From Kudoa neothunni (taxonomy: Eukaryota > Animalia > Cnidaria): a stretch of 64,000 bases of DNA. The notes under the pieces were generated by a model. That model was not told the origin of the DNA. It was given only the letters and a program-made list of their open reading frames with translations, and searched no databases. Below, piece by piece: positions 41,551 through 57,498 of this stretch (position 1 is its first letter; the number at the start of each line of letters is the position of its first letter). Both the position numbers and the translations under genes were made by a program. The DNA lies in contig OZ199838.1 in NCBI GenBank assembly GCA_964304625.1, positions 10,299,817 to 10,363,816 of the forward strand, given 5' to 3'.

Positions 41551-44500
41551 ATGAGTATGGCAGTTAATTTAACAAGAGATGAATTTGAGGAAAAATTTAC
41601 ACAGATTTTGGAGCAACTCGAAAAAGCAGACTTTCTCGGTTACTGCATTTCTTTTTATATAAAGATTGATAAATTTGATTAGCAATCGACGCAGAATTTA
41701 GTGGAATAAACTCTGGCGAAAGGTCCAAAAAGTATTATCCATTAAACTAGTATTGATTGATTTGCAACTGTCGCATAAAGATATTTTGATGTGCATCAGA
41801 AGAAATATGAAGGAATGCGAAAAGTGTGCAAACAGTACGATATTTTGCAATATGGAATCGCAGCATTTACGTTCGATTCCCAAAACAACAAGTTATCTCC
41901 ACTTGGCCCAAATTTTCCCCATATATTTAATACCATCAATTGTAGGTTTAATGTCGAGGCCTTTAATTTTTATTTGTGGCCTTCGTTCAGCTGGAAAAGT
42001 GTTTCCACAATTTGTTTTGAAGTAGGCCATTTATTCAATCAGTTTTTCATATTTCCCACCTAGATATCGAGCTACAGATTTTTAAAACATTACAACTTTG
42101 ATTTCCAGAAAGTTTTCCAATAATCGGTCTTCTTTGATTTATTTTTGTTAGTGTTTGGACAAAGGAATCGAATACACTTCGTTAGAATATGTAATTTTTA
42201 AATCACGCCAGCCAATTTAATGCTCTTTTGTTAATAAATCTCACTTCGTTTATAGTATGAGAAAATGAAAAAGATGACAATTAATGATATTGATGTGAAA
42301 TACTCGTTTCCTTGGTAATTGATTTTTAAACGAACTTCATATAAAACTACACATAGTGATGTGGTTAAAAATTATTACGCTAGTATAAGAGACAGCGTGA
42401 GGGATTGGTTGCTGTACAATCCAAATATATCTCATTACGAGACAGAATGTCCCTTTGAACGTATATCAATTCAGTTATGGCGTGTTATTTCTCTAGTACA
42501 GGGGTCCTCAGCCTTTTTTTTAATTGACCACCTTAACTTGGAGGCTAAATTTATATCTACTTTAAAGTTCTATACTTATTTAAGTATTATTAAGCTATAT
42601 TTCTAAAGGATAAACGCGGCATTAAAGAAAAAAACTTGTAATAGTTTATAAGTAGTTGTTAAATACTTATTCCCAAGGATATTCTACGCAAAAAAATACG
42701 AACATCTTCATTGAATTAAATAGCTCTAAATAATATTACTTCTTAGACATCCTTAGATACGTCACAAACCGCATTATGCAATAATTTCTACTATCCAATT
42801 TCGATGTCACTTAATATTTAACCTTGGTGGAGAGCCCCTGCTATAGTAGAAACATACTTCTGATACAAAAATTTCAATATTTTAAAATTTAAATTGCTGA
42901 ATAATATATAACGATTGCCGATATAGACCCCTATGAACTTATTTTGTTGTTAAAATTGATTTGTGACGACTTTGAGCGACATATTTCTCCAGATTTTTGC
43001 GATAAAAAGGTAGGTTTGATTCGATTAGATTTTTCTAAATTATTTGTGTATAGTTAACACTGACAAGATGTGAGACTAGTGCTGAAACGCTTCCACTTTT
43101 TAATGACATATATCAAAAGTTTTTTCAAACAAATTTTATAAATAGATTAATATTTTAGATGTATTCTTCAAATGTATGGGTTTGGAAGAGTGATAAATCA
43201 TATTGTCAAAATGAGAAAGGTATATTTAATTATAATTTGTATTCCTGGCATTTATCATTGTCATGGGATATTCATTGTAGCCTATAATTGGTCATAACTG
43301 TCTCTATGACCTAATGTTTACCCACGAGAAGTATATTAAAAGTTTGCCGGGTATGATTGTACATTAATTATAAATTGTGTATCTTTATCTTTGTAGAGTC
43401 GTTAGACCAGTATAAAAGAAATTTAGTGGAGACTTTCCCTCAAATATACGACACCAAATACATATCAGAAATTATTCTTAAGAAAATTATTGCCAATAAA
43501 AGTCTACTTCCGGAATCTACTAATTTGAAGGCTTTATATGAATATATGAATAGGTTATTTGTTTTTTAATATTGTCCCTTCCCAGTTGTTAATTGAAATA
43601 ATAAAATTATTTTAGCAGTCATATTAATGCTAAACTTGCTAGCCTATCAAAAATATCCACTCCTTACGGTATTACTGTATTGGTTAATTGATTTGGCTAG
43701 TTGAATTAAGATGGAGCATCATCCGATAATGAACGGCAACTGTACCATGATGCTGCTTATGATGCCACTATGACAGGAATAAGTGAATTTCCATGTTAGA
43801 ATACTCTTGCAGAATAATATTAATTCGATTAGTTTTTGTCAAATTATCTCAATTATTCTGCCAGACGTTCACCCTGTATGTTAAGTTAAGATTGGTGTTT
43901 TACATCAGTTATATACGTATATAAATACATATAAATGTTATTAGACACAATGAACTCAATCAAAATCCGGACCATCTTTTCGCCTCCATGCTTAAATTAA
44001 GCAATAAAGTTTTTTTAACTAACGACTTTAAAAAGCACATCGTAATAAATTGCCATTATTTCGAGTCTAATCAGAATCAGGAGATGTAAATATCTATATT
44101 ATTAGGATTTTGGTTGCTGTGAAACTGAGGAGTTACCCGACCTTTGCTCAGTCGTATTCACTACCAAAAATGCCAAACAATCACGAAGAATTGTATCAAT
44201 ACCTAGAATAAAAAATAACATCTAGCTCATAATATAAAATTTTAGGTTGGGGATATGAGAAATTTAAGATTTCGGTTCGACTATGAATACCTGGATAACA
44301 ACAAACTTAAAGTGACACTGGAAAAGTCAAAGTATCTCATATTTATTCAATTTTACTATTTTGTGTAAAAAACAACTAACTGAATGCACTAGTTTGTGTG
44401 ATCTTACAACTTGGGCTACGAGTCGCAGACTATCCCACAGAATCAAATCAAACTATATTGACGATATGATTGATATCTTGTTCTCGCCCTCAACCACATC

Positions 44501-44582
44501 AAGTCGCTATTACTACTTTGGATTAGTGGCAACTATAACCATTTCGGTTGTTACATTTTCAATGCTGATAAAAAGACATTAA
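41551..44582 (+). CDS. PNLDC1: PARN-family DEDDh 3'-5' exoribonuclease with a C-terminal hydrophobic tail (PNLDC1/Trimmer-like)
   Basis: Spliced motifs ADFL|AIDAEFSG, ILQYGIAAF, FNFYLWP, FLKHYNFDFQK, GFGRVI, PIIGHNCLYDL, FPQIYDTKY, YHDAAYDATMTG. Ends YYYFGLVATITISVVTFSMLIKRH*. Start is 41551 or 41557. Confidence 0.75.
42499..42840. mobile_element. 342-bp hAT/Buster-type MITE inside a PNLDC1-like intron
   Basis: Ends CAGGGGTCCTC / GAGAGCCCCTG. TSD CTCTAGTA / CTATAGTA. Confidence 0.75.
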
Positions 44583-44750
44583 AATCAAACATATTGTTAT
44601 TTGATAGATTCCTTTAGAAAAAAATAGTTTTATTTTTTTATTGCGTATCAAACTGTAAACTTCTATATTGTACTATAGCACTGGAAAATGAGTTTATTTG
44701 TTAGTGAAAGGTTTGGGAGACAGTTATGTCGATAAACAGTGGAACCAAAT

Positions 44751-45608
44751 TTAATGACCTCTCTGAGCAAGGGACATATCCATAAACTTCTTCTTGTGAA
44801 ATTGTAACCACCACTAAATGCAAACACACGTCAAATATATAAATAACTAGAAAGTAGCGTAACTTTTGAGGGTTTGTCAGCTGAATCGGTAAATATTTTG
44901 TCGATCAGTCTCAATCCAAGTTCCTGTCTCAATTGAGTCATATATCCTCGTAGTTGTTCTTAAAAATCAATAAAATTTCATTTGGAAAGTATGCAAGCCG
45001 ATTAACTGATTCAGTTAATACCTCCTTCGCCTCTTTCTGGTTTTTTGAAAAATGCGTTCAATGGGAAACCACCTTCATAAGGAATATCGAATTTGGCTTG
45101 ACCCATTTTAGTGTATTCGTTACTCAACTTCAACTTATCCGGGGTCTATCATAAAATATCAATTGATTTAGGCTTTGTAATCGAAATCAAGTGGTTACCT
45201 TGGCTGCTGCTTTCAATAACTCCGTTATATAGAGAATACAATAGACCATAGTTCTATCGCTGTCAGACTACACACAAATCAGAATCGATAAGTCATTATG
45301 TGGATCTCAGTTATCAATCATCTCTCTTACTTGAATATCAAAAGATTTAAACCATACATTCGCTCGGAATAAGTTGATACTCTCATCAACAATATCTGGG
45401 GAGCCATCTAATGCATGTACATTAGTCTATTTCATTGAAAATCCACCAATTACCACTAGGAGGAGCAGGACCCTTTGTTTTAGTATTCAATGGGCAAAAC
45501 CCCATTTTGCAAACAGATAATTCAGATTTTATTTGTGAATGATATACCTAAAAATATTATTTATTTTTTAATGTAATGCGTTTTAAGAGGAAATATTCCT
45601 ACTGGCAT
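44751..45608 (-). CDS. ARPC3: Arp2/3 complex subunit 3 (p21-Arc); missed by the ORF track because of short exons
   Basis: MP|VYHSQI...KGPAPP, PDIVDESINLFRANVWFKSFDIQ, SDSDRTMVYCILYITE, GFPLNAFF, LRGYMTQLRQELGLRL, DKPSK|WWLQFHKKKFMDMSL. Confidence 0.95.
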
Positions 45609-47140
45609 CCTTATTACTGACCAAGGCGTACACTACTAAGGTTCGTTCGTATCAGATCGTTCAAAATAAAATGTTAATCCGTTTTTATATTATTATACAC
45701 ATATCAAAATATATTGTGAGTAGTGGATGAGTTCTGGAGTTAGAGCAATTAAATATGTTGCCAAACGTTAACTGTATGATACGTTAGAAGTTTTTCAGAA
45801 CATTTCTCTACTACAAACTGCGAACAGATTTATTCACGCACACGTTCGGCTGACGGTCTTATAGCTGTTTATTGCTTAATCTATGCGATTTTGTTATTAT
45901 CTGATTTGGTGTGAGTTAATTTGACTAACCTGATATATTTTTAATCCATATAGTTTATCCAACGGATGTGAAAGTACGTGTTCCATATACATTTTCTTGT
46001 CGTATTTTTCATTCTTCCTCAATAAATTTTGTTGAGATGCTAATCTTATATCATTTTATAACCATTATGACGTGTTATACATATTTTATTTTATAAATCA
46101 GCTCCAGTTTGCTAACAGAATGTATATATATATATATATGCTTGATTTTAAAAAAATATATAAAAATGAATGTTAGTTTCACTTTTTATTATTAATTAAT
46201 TCTATCATTAACGTATATGTACTGTTAATAAAAGCCTTATAGTTTCAAAAATGCATATATTTTGTTACGGCTATTTTTACAGCTATGTAATATTTGACTT
46301 TCATTATTCTTATATTGTAACACCAATGTGGTTATTTGTAAGGAGAGGGTTCCAAGCTTATGTTCTCTTCTAAGATCTCTGGAGTTTTTATTCTTATAAA
46401 AAGTTTGGATCTTATTGAATGAACTGTCTACTTTTTGAGTAATCAAAAATTCTGGAATTATAAGAATTTTATCATCGTTACGCAAAAATAGCATAACGCA
46501 AATTTTAAACACTTTAAGATGGAAATATCAGATTTTTCATCAACACATTGTAACATCATTATTCCTCTGTTAAGTTTTTGAGAATATGCTGTTATTTTAT
46601 TAGTGTAATTCAGTTGATTTACTATAATAAAATTACTAAATCGAATACATATCAGATATTAAGTCCTAAAAAAGGAGAGGTCAATCAGGCACATAATAGT
46701 AAACCCTTTGGATGCTAATATGGAAATAATATTTGACACTTTTTCTTCGGATTTCCGATATAACTGTGCGATCAGATATAAAACAAATTAAATGGATAAA
46801 ATAACCTTATTTCGTAGTTCATTGTTTTGGATTCTAAAGCAATTCGAAAGTTTATCTATATTGACTGTCTATGGTACCATTTTGTTGTTAAATACTTTTT
46901 AATTACATAACGCATTATCTCAAAGTATTGGTCTAAATTAAAAAAAATTGGAGGACATAAACAAGATTAATAATTATGCCGCATTTTTCTGCAAATGTTC
47001 AGAAAATTTTATCTTATTTAACGAGATTTAAACAAATAAACCTTAACTAATTGAAAGAGAAAACTGTGGGGTTCAAGATATTTGTGTAATATTTGATTAT
47101 AAGAAATAATATTAAATACTACAATAAACCAAAAAATTAA

Positions 47141-49289
47141 CCCTTTCATGCCTATTGTGCGGTATACTGAACATTAACTTCTCCTTCGTTTAAAATGAAC
47201 ATTTAGCTATTACTTCGCATTCGTCCTAAAAGTAATGTATTAATTTGTATACCGAATTATATTATTTTTTGGAACAAAAATTTTTACAGTTACATTATGT
47301 TGTTGTTAATTAAATTTTACTCTTTAAATTTTAAGAAACTTATTATTATCTGAAATGATACGATTTTAAGTCTTGTCAGTAAACTGAACAACAGGAACAC
47401 GTGGACCTATTTTTGGACAATCGCAATGGATTACGACATTTGTAACGATGAGGATAAAACTGAAAAAAGGACTTCGGAAATTATAGTGCTACCTGAAGTC
47501 GACATATCCGAACCGGATACATATTCTGAAGACGATACAACATTTACATCATCAATATTGAACAAATTTTCAGATGCGAAAAAATGTTCATCATCCGATG
47601 ATTCTGACGCTGAAATTGACACTGGCCTTCAATGGAAGAAACAAGATATTAGTTCAAATTTACCAGAGGAATTGTGCAACTTAATGCTTAAATGACGAAT
47701 TTTAAAAGTTAGATCATTTAATTCACCCCATCGATTATTTCAACCAATTTGTTGACGATGATTTGATTGAATTAATTGTAAACGAATCAAATCGATACGC
47801 CACACAAAATAATTCGAATTTTAAGACAAACGGTTTAGAAATTAAAACTCATTTGGGAGTCATAATTTTAATGGGGATTGTACAGATGCCTCGTTATCGA
47901 TGCTATTGGTCCAACCATTTCAATTATTCACCTATTTCGGATGTCCTTTCTAGAGACAGATTTGAGCAACTCTCAAAATTTCAACATTTTAATAATAATG
48001 ACAATGCAACCAACGATCAGTCTTCCCAAAAGTTTGGTCGGTTTGTCAAAATTAGACCTTTTTTGGAGCACTTGAGGCAAGCATTTTTAAAAATCACTCC
48101 AGAGAGCATAAATTCGGTGGACGAACAAATGATTCCCTTTAAGGGTAAATGCCGGACAAAACAGTACATATCGAATAAGCCGACCAAATAGGGCTTCAAA
48201 GTTTTTGCTAGATGTGGAATAAGTGGGATAGTGCATGATTTTCATTTGTATGATGGAAAATCGCCGGTTGTACAAGAAAGCTGTGGTTTGGTTTCCGGGG
48301 ATTTTGTAATAAAATTATGTGAACAACTTCCAAAGAATAGGATGTGTCTATTGTATTTCGACAACTGGTTCACATCATTCCGGATGCAACTTATATTGAA
48401 AAAAAGGAGAATATATTCGGTGGGGACTATTAGAAATAATAGAATTAAAGGATGTCCTTTACTCGATTGTATGATAGCTCTGTTGTGACTTTATCATCCA
48501 CTCATTCTGGTAGTGAACCTCTAACAACTGTAAATAGATATGATAGGCGACAAAAAATGCGTTAAAGTCGATTGTCCGATATGCAAATGTCACTATATAG
48601 GTTAAACTATAAATGCAAAAAATTTTACATGCGGATATTTTTTTGGGACATCAACACCGCGATCACTAATTCGTGGTTATTGTATCGGAGGCAAAATTCC
48701 ATGACTAATGTAAACAAGAGTAAAGTTCTTGATTTGCTTTCGTTCATATATTCAATCTGTGAATCATTGTTGTATGAAAACCAAACATTAATACAAACTC
48801 GAAAACGTGGTCGTCCGGTTAATGATTGTAATTCACAACAAATAATGGAATCTACTATATCGAAACGCAAGAGAAATACTCTTTTATCAGATCACATTAG
48901 ATATGATAATGTTGGCCATTTTCCAGAGGTAGTATCTACGCCAAGTAGATGGAGAAGTTGTGGAAGAAACACTCAAATAATTTGCTTAAAATGTGGTGCC
49001 CCTTGTTGTCTCGTAAAAGGTAGAAATTGTTTTTATGTGTACCATAATACTTAAAATTATTGTTTTATTGATAATTCTATCTGTTACTGTTATAATAATT
49101 CGATTTCTTTTTTTCGCATTTTCTTTACCACAAAATCCCATTGTTCAGTCTACTGAACATAACTTGCAACTTAAAAATATTAGCCCAACAAAATTTCTCG
49201 CTCCAAATTTTTATTTATTTAGTATTAGAAGAATATATTGTATTAAACAAAATTTTTAAAGGATAAATAAAAATTCAGGCACGAAAGGG
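47141..49289 (+). mobile_element. piggyBac transposon with a disrupted transposase (47426-49054)
   Basis: TTAA|CCCTTTCATGCCT ... AGGCACGAAAGGG|TTAA. Motifs SVDEQMIPFKG, KPTK*GFK, YFDNWFTS and a C-terminal Cys-rich domain. Stops, frameshifts and an internal deletion are present. Confidence 0.93.
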
Positions 49290-49950
49290 TTAAAATATTC
49301 ATGTTCATTTAAGCATACAGATTATGTCATTCTTTTAGTAAAAGTATCTCTAAACAGTGAGCTTTGAATAATTACTGTTACAAGAAAAGAGCATTAATGG
49401 CTATCGCTGCAATATCATAGGCTTGTATCAGGATTATTAAAATGAATTATAAAATTAGTGCCATACTTTTAAATTATGTTTTTAGACATGTTTTTTTAAT
49501 TTTAAAATTAAAATTATGATACGTCTAGTCGAAAATTCTTAGACAAAATTTTGTTTCTCTGTATCATCCCATTATTATTATTATTATTAGGATACAATCC
49601 CTTTTCAATATTTTAAAAATATTTAAGATAATTTTTATATATTTAAGTTTAACTAAAATTTGGATTTGTCATTACGTAGTTTATTTTTATTAATTAAGAA
49701 AATATTGAAATAGAAAATACAAAACTTTTTCATAATAATATAAGATTCCAACTATTATTTCATGAAATAAAGTAAAATTAATCAATCCAAGATCGCTTTA
49801 TTACAAAAAGATACAACTAATCCTCAATTTGAGTGATACTCTCAATTATATTCAAAGATTTCTCGCAAGATTGTATTTTCATATTGTTTCAATTAGCACT
49901 GTAAAAAATAACAAAAAATTTTTTGTATTAAACATAAAAGAATAAAATGT

Positions 49951-51280
49951 CTATATAAAGAGTCTTGGTTTAAGTCTTACATTGATAGTCTTCATTCGAG
50001 TCTCAGTAGAAGATATTGATAAAGGCATGGTGTATGTGTCTAACTGTTTCAGTGATGGTGGAGGAATAAAAATAAGGTAATGTGATCCCTCAGTCAATAG
50101 GCTATAGTATTCTCCATCTCCCGTGGTAAAAATCGGCTTACCACCACTGAGTTTATACACTCCCACTCCTTCGATAGGTCGGTTATCATTGTCCCTTCAA
50201 GTTATGAAAACAAGTTAGTAATACGATTCTAATTCAAAGGCTATATGAGTAACTTACGTCACTATTCCTTTAACGCCATAATTAATATTTAACATGTAGT
50301 TGACTAAAGAATCTTTGTTTTCGCTCCAGAAATGTCGCAGTTGATTTGCCACGGGATACTTACAACAACTAAGCTCTAACGTTATGTCGTATCCATTTGT
50401 GAATAGGTAAATGTAATCTTGAAGACTTCCAAAAATTGGATACCAAGCTGCTCCATTTGTGATGCCATTCACAAAATGATCGTTGCAATTGTCATCCAAT
50501 AACATCGACCCATGAACAGAGGAATAGGAAGTGGAAAGCGCACGAAAAAGTTTATCGTCAGAGGTTGTGCTATACATGGAAATATTTGGGTGGTAAACAT
50601 CGCCGTCATATGGATAACTAGCTACTAGCGCTCCGCCATGTAAGTTGGCTGATAAAACAAACGGAATTTTTCTGAGCCAACTAATTATGGCTTCGGTTTC
50701 AGGTTGTAAAGATTGATTTTGGGCTTTTTCTAACATTGGAAAATTTCTATTCAATCAAAATATCATGAATCATAAAATTATTTTATCATTTTTACCGATT
50801 AAGATCAACTCCGTTTGCATTTTCTCTACCATCAGGTGCACATCCTACTTTAGCCACTTCGAATCCGTCCGGATTGATCGAAAATAACAAATGAATTCTT
50901 GTATGAGACAACAAATTTTTAATAATGTTATTGTTTTGGCGATACTCGAGGCAGAGGTGTTCAGCTAAATGCAACAAAACTTCTCTTCCGACTGCTTCAT
51001 TGCCATGCATATTTGCCATATAAGCAAATTCCGCTCGAAGTTTTATATGCTGATGGGGTGATTTGTCCGCTAAAGCCATTGCTAGTAGATTTTTCCCTTC
51101 AACTGACCTTCCAATCGAATACACGTAACTCAAATTCGCACAGACTGAGTTTTGAAGTTCATTGAGTGTTATCCATAATGATCGATAGCGATGATACTTG
51201 AATTGGACCAACAGATTCTCAGAGTTTACTTTGAATGTAAAAATAACAAAAATAACTATTAAATTAATAATTATTGACAT
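49951..51280 (-). CDS. Secreted M14B (N/E-type, CPM/CPD-like) metallocarboxypeptidase, 3 exons
   Basis: Hydrophobic signal peptide. ANMHGNE, GRENANGVDLNR|NFP, SANLHGG, NGAAWY, LELSCCKYP. GVKGIVT|D starts the transthyretin-like domain. Confidence 0.92.
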
Positions 51281-52309
51281 CCACCTACTCTAAGCATAAT
51301 TCTGCATCGCGTCAATTCAGAATGTGTTACTTTTTCGTGCAAATGCACACTATATCCACAATAAAATAGTAACTTTGATTTTCATTTAATTATATCAAAG
51401 TCAGGATTTCAATATTAATATAATCCAAAAATATTTTTATTGTAAACAAAAGGTTATAATTATTAAAAGCGTAATCTTCGCGTTTGAGAAATATGAGAAT
51501 TATTTCGCTCTAACTAATGTTAATTGTGGAATTTGTGTGACTTTATTTTCGAAGAGAGATTTTATGTTTAAAGCATTGGAAGTGCGAAATCTGTTAACAC
51601 TTTTCTAATCTAATATAAGAGGTGATTGGTTACCTACATTTCTCCATAGAAATCTTAGAACCACACTAAGCTTAATGAATCTTGTACACTGGGCATTCCA
51701 TCGATTGACTAAATTGAAATGGGCTAATATCTTATTTCTAGTAAGACATTATTTATAAGCTGGAGCGAATCTTTATTCAAATGAAGAGGATACAAGAACG
51801 TGAATTAAAGTTATAATAAGGCCCACCTAATCGTATAAAGTAAACATGTCGCTAATAAAAGACAGTGAATAATAGATATAGGTAAAAGTTAGCTACGATT
51901 ATCCATGTGAGCTTATTTACGTAGCAATGCATGTGATAGCTGCCTCGCTACAAACATGATTGGCGAATTTAACGCGAACCAATTACAGAAAGATAAAGAC
52001 CAAAGTTACACATTAGGTACAGGGCTTACTGAAACCTTGATGGAGACTGTCTCAACGTGGAGATTTGAAATTCTTTATTTTGCAAAAGGAGACTTTCTTT
52101 TAAGTAATTAAGCTACGCATAAGCCACTTTTCCCGTTGAATTAAATCGTCTGATATCCAAATTGACGTACACAGATATAAAAAAAATTTGGCTAAATTAC
52201 AGTATACGGGAAATCTCCGTATAAAATTTTTGCACCCTCGGGAAAAATCGGACATATTTTAATGTGAAAATATAATCATAATATATTTAAAGATGGTGCT
52301 TAATTCTTT

Positions 52310-53090
52310 TTAAAAAAAATATTTCCTTCTAAACAAGAAGAAAGATATGTAACCATCTAGATTTTCTGGATTCTTATTAGTGGCGTCCCTGTATTTTCGT
52401 TTGAATGCTCCCCAAGTAGATTCTATACGGTTTGTGTGAATCCCTTCAGGAGAAACAAATCGCCGCTTATGGATGACAAACCCATGAATAAATCCTAAAT
52501 CTTCCAAAGTGTTTTATCCGCGCCAACCGTCTGTCCAAATGGTCGAGCCCCCTCCACATTTTCCGTTATAATATTTTCGAGAACTTCTCTGTTCCGAATC
52601 TTGGTAACTTTCAGGAAGCAGTCTCCGTCCTCGTCGATCCCACCTACCACCCGATACTGTTGATTTTTTCAAATCCGCCCAACATCATATTTTCTTTTTG
52701 AGATGGCTGTTTCATCGATTTGGACGATTTTTCCCTCGCCTCCAATTTTAATGGGCTCATCATCTAATTTTAGAGTCATTAAGTCTCTAACAACAGATTT
52801 CAGCTCCAATATCGTTGAATTTGAGGATATATTTAAATGTTGACGTAGAGTTTCATACGTCATACTTTGATGTTGGATGATAGAAACCATTTCAATAAAA
52901 ATTGTCCACAAAGGCAGCTTCGATAGTTCAAATATTGTCCCTCTTCGGATAGAACATCATTTATTACACACGTTTTGCAAAAACTTGATAGTGTATTGGA
53001 GCTCATCTCGAAAATAGCTATAATCAAGCATCGTGATGCTGTCAATATCCTCAAATGTGAATATTTTCTTATAAGATGACATTCCACCCG
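52310..53090 (-). pseudogene. Merlin/ISXO2-like transposase remnant
   Basis: IGGEGKIVQIDETAISKRKYDVGR, TDGW(R) relic, RFVSPEGIHTNRIESTWGAFKR. Frameshifts are present; TIRs not confidently located. Confidence 0.85.
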
Positions 53091-55235
53091 AACTTTCCGA
53101 ATACTGTAATTTAGCCAAATATTTATAAAACTTTTAATAGTTTAAAGTTAGTTGAACAGATTACACAATATCAATGATAAGATTTAAATCCGCTTAATTC
53201 GAAATGATAATCAGTTGAACTAAGCGTTCACCCTAATTTTCTTTAACCATCTATTAATTTAACAATATCATCCCGCCGTACATATAAGCAGGTATGTTCA
53301 TTTGGGTTGTTTCGCAAATACATTTCTTATACGGTGACTTATTAATATATTCGGTTTGATAAGTACACTTTTAACGTTCTATTAATGGTTTTAATTATAG
53401 AAATTTTTTTCATAATTAGGAGTTGCGCAGCTGTTGTAGGTAAGTCTCCTGTGATAAATAAATATCACGTGATCTAATCAGGGCCGAGAAAAGTGTGTCA
53501 AATTGGCAACGTCCGATTCGATGCGCATGAGTGTAAAGTATTCAGAAAAAATTTCCTTTAACTAACGTGAAACGCTCAACTCCATCTGAGATTGAGAATA
53601 TTGTTGCATTGAAAAATCACTGAAGATCACTCTTTATACTAATCCTTTCAATTAACCCCGAGAATTATATATATAGGTAATATACATGACTAAACGGAAA
53701 ACCCCAAAAATAATAGTCACATGAAATTATATTTAAAAAATTTACATATAAAATGGATGGCCCATATGTACTTCAAAATAAAAGTAAATCTTGTAATACA
53801 TATCACACAATGTATTACTAAAATCAAATTGTTAATGCATTTTTTTATTCCGCTAAATTAGTCATCTTAAAAATGAATTTTGCAACATTATTTCTCAAAA
53901 GATTTTTTTCTAGGAATTTGAAATGTAGCGTGTCTAAAGGTTTGACCATTTTATCACTAAAAAAAATGTATGATAAAATTTTAATGATAAAATGAGTATA
54001 ACTTTATTTATGATTCAAACAAATTAACGAAAAAAATTTATAAACTAAGAAATGAATTAGTTGATTTTATTATTTTATTAAAAAATTAATAGTTGATATA
54101 TAAAAAATGATAAGAACGATAATTTAGACTAAAAGGTGTAAAATTTATTTAAATGGTTGAGCTATATAATTGTTTTGAAAAATATTATAAAAAATATTTT
54201 TAAGATATACAATTAGCCTAAAGTTTAATATATATGAAATAAAGTATGTTTTCATTGATTCGTGGAAGTTTAACGAAGATATCACGCGAGCCGACGGTGT
54301 CGTATTCGGCATTTTGTAGCGCAATTTGATAATACCATAATTGGCTGAATCCGTACTGTTGGTTCTCTTTTATTCATTTTATTAACGATAACGATACAAA
54401 AAGGGTGTTTTTAGATGCATAATCCTAACCTATTTCCGGATCTAGAACTCATTTTCTCCAATCTTAATAAACATTTTCTGATTTAAACTTCGTAAACATT
54501 AAAAACTAGCACAGATTTTTAAATAATTTATTTGAGATATTTATTACAAATAAGGTACAGTTACGGTTAACGAAATCCCAGATTTTACTTCGACTCTGTA
54601 GCTTATTATACGTGATCCTCAAAATGATACTTGAAAGTGTCGGGTTTTCAGGTGAACTCTCCACTAAATATTCAGAGTCTGTATTTACTATTTGAACCCC
54701 CCCTATTCGAAAACTACATGACTTAAGTAAGGTGAAGCGAGATTCTTGTTTATAATTTCTATCAGTCTTTTAATATTACTATTTAGGAATAAAAGTGGCT
54801 AAAAATAAAAAATTTGGCCATGTAAAAATTTTGTAAAATTAAAATACAACTTTTAATTCGACTGTCTAATGCATTTAGTTAATTGAAATGTTTGTTTTCT
54901 TGATCAATACGTTTGTAGCCGGATTCGATGAAATCGACCAAACAATATAAAATGCTGTTAACGAAATAATTTATATCCTAAAATTTAACCATTAGCTGAT
55001 TTTCTGCTTTGAAAAAGCACAATATAAAGAAAATAAGCCCCAATAGTGAGCTTGCGGCTGTTGTTCCAATAATCATTCTAACTGAAGATCGCGAACTATT
55101 ATTCCATTTTATTCAACCACTAAAACCGCATTATAAAATTAAAATTTGTAACATGTAATCAAAGGAAAGGTTATTTAGAAACGGATAAAAACAATATTAG
55201 ATTATAGGTTTCAAAAACCTTCCTATCCTTTAGAA

Positions 55236-57093
<1,858 letters not shown>

Positions 57094-57498
57094 CCTTAGA
57101 AAATGCGTAAAAGTGGTTTCCTAACGTAGTAATTTTACAATCACAATCTACGAACTTGTGCATTTTATGTAAAATATTGAGTAATATTAGAATGTTTAAT
57201 GGAAAAATTCATAATTAACATTTTATTTGGTTGAATAATTCTTAATAAAAATATGAATAAAAAAAAAATATCACATTTAGTTAATTTAACTATTAAAATT
57301 GAAATAAAAAATACATCTTTACAAATAGTAAAAATCTGAGGAAAAAAAGAGAAAATATTTTCTCGCTTTCTCACTCAAACAATAATTACTCTAAAATTAG
57401 ATTTAACGAATCTTATTTCATTGTGAATGTTACCGTGTTGTACAAGAGTAATGGTTTTAATTAAGAGAATCCACATCGAGGAAAAGATACATAATAAG

